DNA of 64,000 nucleotides. Source: Octopus vulgaris (Eukaryota). The notes under the pieces were generated by a model. It saw nothing but the letters and a program-made list of their open reading frames with translations. It was not told the origin of the DNA and ran no database searches. The translations under genes were made by a program, and so were the position numbers. The stretch lies in assembly GCA_951406725.2 (NCBI GenBank), contig OX597815.1:113708001-113772000 (forward strand), written 5' to 3'. Positions within the stretch are counted from its first letter, which is position 1, and every line of letters begins with the position of its first letter. Below, in pieces: positions 53,401-64,000 of the stretch.

Positions 53401-55642
53401 CTGTATGCTTGTGTATGTGTGGGGGAAAAATATTTCTATTAATGACAAGAAAAGCTCCTGCATTTAATACTTCTTCGATTATTTCCTCTATGATTCCTGA
53501 TAATTCTTTTGGTTATGTATTTTGTTCTTCATTCCCTCACGCCATTAGAAATAAAACAAAAAACAAAAAAACATTGTTTCAGTTATAATTCCTGTAGAAA
53601 ATTGTTCAACTTCTTTTTTTTTTTTTTTTCTTCACTTTTTGAGATTCTGCTCTTTTACTTGATAATTATGATATTTACCAATGAAGTTTAACTTGAAAAA
53701 ATTTGCTAGAAAATTTTGCAGGAAATATATATTCTTCTATACAATTGTGGATTCAATTAAATTTAAAATTATTGTAACTGGAAATTTTTGATTTTAATAA
53801 TTTTGTTACAAATTAAATATTTTGTTTGTTGCTGTTCTACTCTGGTTTTTTTAGTTGGAATCCATCATGCTCAGCAAAACATATTACAGTGTTCTTTTTG
53901 CAGCCCGACTTCTGCTAATTATCTTATGTTTGTCATGGACCCATAGTGATGAGAGGGAGAGAGAAAATTAGAATCAGAGCCATTGTACAGTGAGTTCAAC
54001 ACTGTAAGTCTAGTGCACCAATCAACAAGGAAACTTGTATGAAGTTAAACCCAGTCTGTCAGAAATAGCAGCCAAATCTCTCTCTAATCTTGCTCTAGTA
54101 TCTTAAAAGAAAGCCACATTTTGTAATGTAAATCTGAATACATGATGTCTGAAAAAAAAAAAGAAACATACCTTTGATCATAGATCTGCTTATTCTGGTA
54201 TGAGACTAAAATTAAATCAGCAATGAATCTATATTTTAAATATATTGCTTCATAAACCTGATCTGTAAAATTTATTTCATCTAAACCTTTATCTTTAGCT
54301 TAAAATGTTTTGTCATTACAACAAAAATTAGATTCTTGTCTGTTAAACTTAGTTTTGAAGGTCTCCCTCTTTCTCTCTCACACTTTGCTTTATCTGCATT
54401 TTCTCTTGCCTTTTTCTTTTGCTCTTTGCCTTTCCCTTCAACTAATCACATGAAAGAGTTACAGATGGGTTAAGTAATGGAGGTAAAAAACGTAGCTCAA
54501 AAAAAAAACAAAAAGACATATTTAACTCACCACGACCTCTCCCTCCCCTCCTCTTTCCCCACCCGTTCCAACCCCCCACTCCTCCTTCACCTAATCACTT
54601 GGAAGCGTTACGGACAGGCCAAGTAACAGAGTAGCAAGTAGAATTATTATAAAATTTATATTAATTTCTTCTCTAATCTTCTTAGTTAAACTGAGTCAGA
54701 TACATTTTAATGCTTTTTTAAAATCTATTCTACGAATAACTATCGAAATCACTATTTTAAAACTTTTCCATCTTACAACTGGTAAGCACTCTTTCACTGT
54801 GATTGCTATATATGTATAGCTGGATTGAATGGCACTGCCCAGTTGTCGAAACCATACTGATATCCATTTGGGCAATTGATGATGGGAACACACATATATT
54901 ATGCTCGATTGTGAATTTCTCATATCTTAGGTCTTGTCTTTCATTCTTTTAAGTGGAAAGCATTTGTGGATTCATAGTTTGTGGAGATCTCTTATTTTGG
55001 TATTGTTTGGTTTTCTTCATAGGTAACCTAATTAGGCTTAGACAATCTTTAAATATTGGTGTCTGGTTTTGGGAGGTTCTGTGGCATATATGTAATGGTA
55101 AATTCTTTGGCAAGAAATCAAAATGAAGTTATTTAACAAATATTTGAGCTTGTCAGTTTTGTTGTAGAAGAGTATTCAGTGCTTTTTTGAGTAGTTTGTT
55201 CATCAAAACTCTGTCAATAGAAAAGAAAATGTGGGTTTGAACTTAAAGGAAGTGAATTCACTTAACCACCAACGCACTTGTTAAAGCTCAATGGATGATA
55301 AGAATATAATTAAATGTCTGAGGATGAAAGTAAAAATATAGGGGTAGGCCAAGAAAGTAGTTTGAGGTAACCTAAAAAGAAAAAATAGAAAAAAGGTAAA
55401 AAGTGGTGTCGGTGATAAAGGAGGTCACACCAGGAAATGACTAAAGATAAAATTTTGCAAATTCATTCAATACATAAGAGCAGGAAAAGAGAAAAATGAA
55501 AACATTAAAAAAATTTTTAATGATAAATATTCTTCGAAAATCTCCTTCATTCTGTAAAGTTTCCCCATGTAAACATGGGTTTTCAAGTTTTGACATTTAC
55601 AATTCTGAAAAAGTAGCATGTGATTTACAAGTCAATGCATAT

Positions 55643-55995
55643 ATCTTTTATTCTTTTCCTTGTTTTAGTCATTGACTCTGGCCATGCTGGGGCACTGCCT
55701 TTCAGGGTTTTAGTCAAACAAATCAACCCCAGGACTTTTTTTTAAAGCCTAGTACTTATTCTATTGGTCTCTTTTGCTGAACTTCTAAGTTATGAGGATG
55801 TAAACATATCAACACTGGTTGTCAAGCAGTGGTGGTGGGCAGACACACACAGGCGTTTTTAGTTTCCACCTACCAAATCCACTCACAAGACTTTGGTTAG
55901 CCTGAGGTTATAGTAGAAGACACTTGCCCAAGGTGCCATGCAGTAGTACTGAACCTGGAACTATGTGTTTGAGAAGCAAGCTTCTTACCACACAC
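55643..55995 (-). mobile_element. Family A SINE
   Basis: Reverse complement of family A. Confidence 0.8.
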
Positions 55996-58004
55996 TAGAT
56001 TTTCTTGTTAGCAGTTTCTTAATCACTTCAAAAAGTAGTGTTGGTACTGTTTGAGCTATAAATATAATGAATTTTGAACACACCTTTAACACTGAGATAA
56101 GTAGTTTTTATAGTATAATTGAGTGTTTTTCTTATTGTTAACCACCTAGCTGGGAATTGAATTTAGTTGGTTGTTGGCTTGATGCTCTTGAGGCTAAACT
56201 GACAAAAACACTTTCATTCAGCTGAAAGCAACAGGATGGTTATAGTATTGTTTCAGTTCACTCTGCTCAGTGGTCACTAACCTAAAGTATGTTATATTTT
56301 CTGGCTTAGTTAACAAAGCACTTAAAAAGGAAAACCAGACTATCCTTGACTATATGATCTGTGGTTAGTGTACCATTTGAATAATGTGATAGTTGTAATG
56401 TTTCTCACATTCATATAACAACAATACAAGAAACATTTCAAAATATTTCTTGTACTTTTGTTATTGTTAAAATGCCTTCTCTTTTTGTTTTTGTTTCTTC
56501 ATTGTTTTTTTTCCCACTTGACTAAAGAATAACTGTGGGGCCCATAGCCTATAATGATTCTCTTTTGCATAGAAGAGAGGAAATTCAAGTTAAAATTATT
56601 GGGTTAATTTGGTACTTTGGTACAGCTAATATTTTCTTTGAATTCCTGTAAAAGAAAAACTTACTCAGGCAGGAAATTCCAGACTGAGGCAGTGGTGCAG
56701 AAGAAAAGACCAGGCATATAATTTAGTACATCAGGCTGTTAGTTTAGTTTTCACAGTAAATGCAAAAAGCAAACTTTTGATTCACACTTCATAACACATT
56801 CTATCCAAGTTTGTGACTAATAATTTAAAGTTGGAAATTTAATATTTTATTAGCTGTTAATAGAACAGACCTAGAAATCTTAAGTGTTAGATTTTAATTG
56901 TAAGAGTATTTGTTAATAATAACTCTGGGCTTAATTTGAGTGGAAAATTATATATATATATATACAATCCCCTCCCCAAATCCTGTTTTTTGTAACAACT
57001 TTCAAAGTATGTCGATCTGTATTTGTGATAATAATTACCATTTTACAACAGATTAGACATATGATCAAAAGCATTGTAGCTTTGAATATCTCATCACATA
57101 TTTTCTTCTCAGACACTCTGTATTTCTGATCACATTATTCAAGATGTCCCTGGCATTTTTTTTTTTTAAGATAAAGGGATATAAGAGAAGCTGCTGTTTT
57201 TTCTAGGAGATTACATTGGGTCATATTTGTTTGTGCACTGTATAAACAGAATGGTAGTGAACTTTTATGAATTACAAAAACTTACACACAAATGCTCAAA
57301 TGATCAAAAACACAAGCAAATGTATTGTGTAAAACACTTCCGAACCATCTAAGGTCCTCACTAGCTACTTCTTCTTCTTCCATACTTACCTCTAGAATGG
57401 AAATATTTTATCTTTGTCTCAAGATACATTTTCATTTAACATTAATTAACCATCACATTGCAAATGTCTCTGCAGAATACATTGGTAGATGCTTTGATAT
57501 TCAATCTCTGTTATAAGTTAACATTTCTTCACATCTTACACATATAATTTAGAACCCCTCAGTTGCTGCATTTCCTCTGACTTTACTGCCCAACTTCTTA
57601 ACATTGTTATTATTGTCTACTTTTGCATTATGGCAGAAGTCCATTATTACCAATAAGTATTGCGATTCCCTGAGATACTTTCAGCTACCTTGTATCTAAT
57701 AGCTTAGACATCATTAACTGCACTAATTATATCCTGTAGTTAATATAAATTATCCAAGTTAGTTTTCAGTTTATGATTGTTCATTCTGTTTATTACACAA
57801 GTTCATCAATATAGATCAAACATTTTAAACTGAGATTTCACTATAATGATTGAGCACCTAAGAATTCATACATATTTCCAGCCAGCTCTCATTCTTTCAA
57901 AATATTCAACTTGTTTTATATTATATATGTTTAAAATTTTTGCTATAGGGAAGATGTCACAAGATTTTAGCATTGATCTAAAAGAGAAATAAAAATTCAA
58001 CTTA

Positions 58005-58235
58005 ATGTATATAGTGCTCAGGTACACTACAACTCATCAAAAGTAGCCCAAAGTGTACAAGCAGTACATAGAATAATGCACAGGAAATGAATAGTGAATG
58101 AGTTGTTAAGAAAAGGTGAGAGTGGGGCATCAGGTGCACTGTTGGCAAATTTCAGGAAGCATGGAAATTTTGAAGGATGTAGTGTCCTGACAGTTAACAA
58201 CTGATGCAGATAGTTTATTCCATGCTTCAACAATT
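58005..58235 (-). mobile_element. CR1-like LINE 3' end
   Basis: Homologous to 14280-14505. Confidence 0.7.
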
Positions 58236-59727
58236 CTGATTGGCTAATATCGAGACTAATATATATTAAGTATTTGGATATGACTAGATCTTAATGGATA
58301 CTTACTTCTACCAAAACACTTTTTATAGATGCCAACAAGGGACCTGCTATTGCTATGTGGTCACTCAGTCTGCCTAAAATAGCAACTAAATCTCCTTAAA
58401 ATTATACCATAAAGTTTTCAATGAAAGAACACATTAGTCAATATAGTGCAAGATATATTATATGTAAGAAAAATTAAAAAGTAAGGAAAAAAAATTGGGT
58501 GAATCCACCTGGAACCCCTATGATGATAAACCTGTTCAGTTAGTACTGACATGGGTTTAAACAACTCTTCACATAATGTTTATTCTGCCTCAGTTATTCT
58601 ATTCCTATATGGTGTGAACAGCAATTACAGGCCTTAGCCCTAGACTTAGCCTTTTTTAGGTAAACAAATACAACCTAAGGTTCTCTATTTTTTAGCAGGT
58701 ATTTCCTGCAACTGTCGTATCAAAGTTTAAATTATCTGTTGTACCTAAGATGGAAAACGAACATCCTAAAATTATTATTATTGTTATTATTATTATTATC
58801 ATCATCATCTGTATGTGCTGCTACATTGTGTATTGACAGATAATATTTCTCACAATAAAATTAACCTTGGGTCTGTAGCAAAATCTTTTTAACATGCATG
58901 ATATAAGCTGAATTAAAAATAATCAAAACTAAGTCAATATTGGCAATAGGTACTGCTAAAGTTTAACATTAATGAAGAAAATTTCTATATTTGGTGTTGA
59001 GAATGAGAGCAGACAGGAACTGAATATGTACACATATGTGCTCAATCACTAGTGAAATCTCAGATTATCGATGGGCTAAACTTCTAGTCTAACTAACTTG
59101 TGTAAATAAAAGCATGAGTAACCAAAACTGAAAGCAAGGGGGTTTTTTTTGTTTTGTTTTTGTTTATCAAGAAGGATATGAATGTTCAGTTCTATCTAAA
59201 ACTTCATAAAGTTTATTTTTGATTGGTTGTTCTTTCTCTCTCTCCTCTTCTTTGTTTGATTATAATTTAGTGATAACACAATGATGCTACACAGTTAAGT
59301 GCAGATTTTGTATTATGTGCCGAATAACAATCATCCCTCACCTAAAAATAGAAAGAAAAAAACTGAATAAAAGAGAAAAAAAGAAAAACCATTAAACAGC
59401 TTCTTGGTTTTCCTAGATATCAGTGAAGTAAAAAATGCAGATGTTATTCTCATTTAAGTTTCTAAAAACTTAGCTTCAAAAATTTTGTTAATGACTTTTC
59501 TTTCATCTTGCTTTTTTAATTCCATTGTCTTTGCAAAATCCATCTTCCTTCTTACTGTTCTACTGCTGAAAAGTAACAAACCCAGACTGTCTGATCTATT
59601 TCAAGCAACATCACTAAAATCAAGATTAAAATGAGGGGTGTATTAACCCCAACACACACTTTTATCAAGAAAAAAATACAATGTAATATATTTATTATAT
59701 ATCAATTATTTTATATAAAATAGAATA

Positions 59728-59955
59728 TTAACCCTTTCGTTACTGTATTTATTTTGAGATGCTCTGTGCTTCTTTCAATTACTTTAAATATAACAAAGAA
59801 TTTAGTAAAATAACCTAGTTATCACTCAGTTAGTGTTAGGAACATAAATTGTGGCTAAGGTTTGGTGGAAGATTTTAATTCAAATCTTATGAAAACAAGA
59901 CATTTGAACTCAGAGCCAGAGGAGGTTTTAGCTGGGTTGGTATCAAAAGGGTTAT
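59728..59955 (+). mobile_element. piggyBac-type MITE (P2)
   Basis: TTAA-CCCTTTCGTTAC...GTATCAAAAGGG-TTA. Confidence 0.75.
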
Positions 59956-61060
59956 GGTTAACATTTTAGATGCAGATATGGCTGACTGGATGTGGAGTTT
60001 GCTCCACAACCACAGTATCTTCAACTGACCAATGCCTTGTAAATGGTATCAGAAGTCAGAAACTGTATTGAAGTTTGTTGTGCGAGCATGCGCGCACGTG
60101 TGTGTGTTTGCATGCATAGGAATATTTACATTCTGCACATCTTCACATGACATTGTCAGAGCAAAATGGCAATTCCATATTTACATCTCCTGCAAATAAT
60201 TTGTCCTGTAACTCAACCCTTACTAGAGAGAGAGAGATCGCTAGGGGTTGGTGACAAGAAAGGCATCCAGCTGTAAAATACTATTTGGCTGGGTAGAAGA
60301 TTAATGTGTGTTGTGTTCTCTGGACCTTTATGGCTTTTAGATGAAGAAGCAGGATTAGGATAAATGCAACTTTTAAGAAAAAAAATGTCTAGACATTTTT
60401 CAGATGATATCTTGAAAAATATATTCATTACCATAGTCTTATTAGAATTAAGTAGCAGTTGTTAGGTTTAATTACTATTACCACTTCACAGCATTTTTAT
60501 AATTCTTCACAATTGCTGTTTTCAATTTCATTTGATACCATTGATGTAACATTTTCATTCTTGATACCTTTCCAGGCTGTTGTTTCATTAATTGCTTTAT
60601 AAATTACACTCAGTTCAAGTGAAAAATTATATTTAGTGTAAATTATTTAGCTAATGAATGGAATTAAGGCCATTTATTATCAAAATCGAGAAGTAATTAA
60701 ATTTATGATCTAAACTGATATTGAACAGCTTTGGTAAAAATATATTGGTTTTTAATTTCAGAAGATTTTGTTTGAAATATGTCATCATTGGGAATTCTTG
60801 GGAAGAATTTCATGAAGCTCTTGATTTGTATTGGCGTCTAAATTATTTTACTATTCTTCATGAAGTGTAATGTTGGACATAACACTATAACAATTTGGCT
60901 ACTACTAAATGTCTAATAGCATCTTGAAATTGGTTAAACATGTAGCACCAAACCATCTGAATTGTGGAGCTAACATTTTATGGGACAAAGTGTAGATGTG
61001 GGCCACTGCAGAAAAAATTTCTTTTTAATAGTTTGGTCTGTTATTACCATTATATATTGT

Positions 61061-61265
61061 TTAACCCTTTAGCATTCACATTATTCTATAAAAACTAATG
61101 CTGATTTCGTCACATTGTTTTTAATTAATCATGCATTGTCTTCTAGCTTTGCAATTTTTATGAGGTAACTGTTCATTTTTAAAATGATATTGTAGGGTTC
61201 ATGTGAGAAACCAGATCTGGCCAATCTGAACATAAAACAGGTAGAATATTTTGTTCGGATATGGA
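61061..61265 (+). mobile_element. piggyBac-type MITE (P1), right end lost
   Basis: TTAA-CCCTTTAGCATTCA; body matches 45460-45660. Confidence 0.7.
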
Positions 61266-62449
61266 AGTCTAGTAAAAAGCGAGTCTGTGTGCTTGTATGA
61301 CTTGCTAGAAATAGAAGCCAATTCTCCCTTGGTTACACCCTACTATTTAAAAAAAAGAACACATTAAATAAGAAAAAAATATCTTGGATACCTTATGACT
61401 GAAAGGAATTGCATGGTAAAATGCTTTTGATCATAGGTCTTGTGGATTATGATTGACCTTGGGTTAAATAACATGTGTGCATGTTATAGCTTTTTATAGA
61501 GAACCCAACACTAAAACTAGTTTAACTAATTTCATTACAATTCTGTCATTTAATAAATCTGTTGTCTTATTTTGAAACTAATAATAAAACATTTCGCTTC
61601 TCTCCTTTCCCTCTGTACTGTTCAAGTTCAGCCTTTCCATCATTTACTGATACAACAAATTTATGTGATATTCTTCAGTCTTAGCCTTCCCTGCGACATT
61701 TAACAAGCTGCCTGAATTTATCACCTCCATGTTAGCTGCCGCTACAAAAATTCAACCATTATTTATGATGGAAACACACCTCCAGCATTTTGAAAAAAGG
61801 CTAACCAGAATTTATGATGCTATTACTAAACAGTATCAATACCTATATATATATATATATATATTCCCTAACCAATTAACATTATACTCCAAACCCTCTC
61901 ACAAGGTATTATGGGACTATGTAAAAGGAAACCCAACATTTTGATATAACTATTTTCAGATTGTTGGTTTATCCATTCTGCTACTTAACTCCAATAATAT
62001 ATTATAAGGAAAGAGAACTTGGCTTGAAATAAGAAAGAATGAGGCTGGATTTGATTTAATCCTTTTGGGTTTCATGATCAAATCCAGGTAGTTCTAATTT
62101 TACCTCTTTTTTTTTCTTTCTTCTTTTTACCTTTCCATAGTCAGTAGAATAATAGTAACAATATGCTGGAGATATAGTTTAAATCTCCCAGTGTATTTAT
62201 TCAAAAGAAATCAATAGAACATTGTTCAGAAGTCACTGCATTAAAATAAATTGAGGGAAATATTCCCACTAAGCAGTTAACCCTTGGAGAAGTTAAGAGA
62301 TCTAAGCCTTCTGTTTTACTTTATTTTATTATTTATTATTTATTTTTTTCAATAATAGAAACGTTTTCCCAATAAATCCAGTTTATGCTGTCATTCTACT
62401 TATTTTCTAGGCCTGAACATCACTAGTCCCTGTAGAAATATCCGAACCA

Positions 62450-64000
62450 ATCATTCTAGTGTAGTTTTTATCCTTTCATGATATTAGTAAAACGACAGGA
62501 GAGCCATCGCGTTTTAATTCAATTCCTTCCCCCGTCATCGTCCAGTATTGTCTTTCTCTTAAACACTTTATGAAATCAAATTTATTGATGATTGAGAGTG
62601 CTTTTGTGTAATTCATTCTATTTTTATTCGTTAATCTCGTTCAGTTAGTAACCGCTCTGCCTCAGTCATTCCAACCACTTGCTTGACCAACGCTGATATC
62701 TGCAAGTTTAATTTACCACACTAAATTCATATGCATTCTGTCATTATCATCTCCGATCGCTACATAATTAGCAAGTGGTCAGCTGGTTACAACACTCTAT
62801 CTCATCACAATCGTGAACTTGCTGTAGTCGGTGGCGGAGTAGGGAGAGTCGATCACTTTCTGCTTGATAATGTTCCAAACTACGTAGTTGGTCCAAGGCT
62901 ATGAAAGACGACTACTGCACTCTCTACACCACACTTACATACTCACACACATATACACACACACAAACATGAACGTATATGTATACTTTCTGTGCTGAAC
63001 CACTCAAGCTCTTCCATGACGTGACAAAAGAAGACATTGTTTTCGGAAATATCTCTCATTTAGCGGATCGGCAACAATTTGCTGATGTATTTCTCTTGGT
63101 TAGCTTGTGCTAAAGATTTCTTCATGGGACAGTGTATATGCCAGCGGCATCAGGTGAGTACACAAAAATATATCCTGGTGGTGCTGCTACTGCATAGTGA
63201 CTGGTGCACCTTCATAACATCATATAGTCAGTTGTTATTTACATAGATAATATAAACACTCCCCCTTTCTCTCTGTTTCTGCCGTTTAGCGCACCATGCG
63301 ACACAGACATGCAGTTGTCTGTTTTTATCAACATTATTGTTAAAATTTGATTATTGAAATTGTTACTTCACTATTTTACCGTCGTCTTCATTATTTACGT
63401 TTATTTTCAATCGTATATGTTATCTAGTGTAATTTATTTTATGAAAGTGTATCTACTGTAATTTATTTTATGAAGTATAATACATACATAGTGTGTGTAC
63501 TGTAAACGAAAAATAATAAAACTACTAGCTGGGTTTATTTTTCTCTTTAATTCCTCGATTATTTTTGATGTAATACTACCAAATGCTGGTGTAAGGTGTG
63601 TGTGAATTGCCCGCTGCGGTTTTAATTATTTGTAAGAAAATTTGTAATGCTATCTATCCCCTTTCCCTAATGAATTTCCTAAATGTGTTTCTTTTTAGGT
63701 TCATTTGAAAAATAATTTTTTTTCTTCTAAAAATGTTTTAGTATATGTTATGTGATTTCTTCTAGATCCTTGTTAAATTGCGGTGGGAGAATGTTTGGGT
63801 TTTTAATTTTGATTTCTGTTGTTGCTTTGCCTGTTTGTATTATTATCCTAGTGGATAATTTACAATCTCCCTTAAATCAAAATCTTGAGGAAATTTGTCT
63901 CCTACATAGTTAATAAACTTTGATCGTGGATGCCACTAAATATTATTGTTTTCGTCTGCGATATTTCAAAGGCACACGGCCAATTCTCTCAGGTAACATT
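62450..64000 (+). promoter_or_regulatory. CpG-retaining, TE-free promoter / first-exon region
   Basis: CG dinucleotides are visibly much denser than in the rest of the window; GGCGG box, CRE-like TGACGTGA at 63017-63024; contains a perfect donor. Confidence 0.6.
63124..63153 (+). CDS. Candidate short first coding exon MGQCICQRHQ (myristoylation/palmitoylation-type N-terminus)
   Basis: ATG GGA CAG TGT ATA TGC CAG CGG CAT CAG|GTGAGT: consensus donor, phase 0, in-frame stop upstream at 63061, inside the CpG-rich patch. Confidence 0.65.

Noticed and set aside
54710-54781. ATG-to-donor coding exon
   Set aside because: The ATG at 54710 hits TAA at the fourth codon.
63124-63153. Assigning a gene symbol (e.g. 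DCUN1D3, PDE2A, ABL) from the MGQ start
   Set aside because: A 3-4 residue resemblance is not enough; no catalytic or common exons are in the window.

Overview
AT-rich, CpG-depleted, microsatellite-dense eukaryotic (animal) DNA. The SINE/LINE repertoire resembles what I recall for Octopus or other coleoid cephalopods; this is an inference, not a database result. Most of the window reads as intron sequence filled with decayed transposable elements: RTE, CR1/Jockey-like and CRE-clade LINE fragments, at least four SINE-like families, non-autonomous Helitrons, piggyBac-type and mariner-type MITEs, and TA-anchored fold-back palindromes. Almost all ORFs in the supplied track are microsatellite or TE artefacts. 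The best host-gene signals are two + strand candidate first coding exons, each in a CpG-retaining patch and each ending in a phase-0 consensus splice donor. One is a 92-codon exon (32303-32578, MASK...VKMFET|GTAAGT). The other is a 10-codon exon missed by the ORF track (63124-63153, MGQCICQRHQ|GTGAGT) with a myristoylation/palmitoylation-type N-terminus. Together they suggest an alternative-promoter N-terminal targeting switch in a gene whose common exons lie downstream; the gene cannot be identified from this window. No rRNA, real tRNA genes or CRISPR arrays were seen. TE boundaries are approximate.
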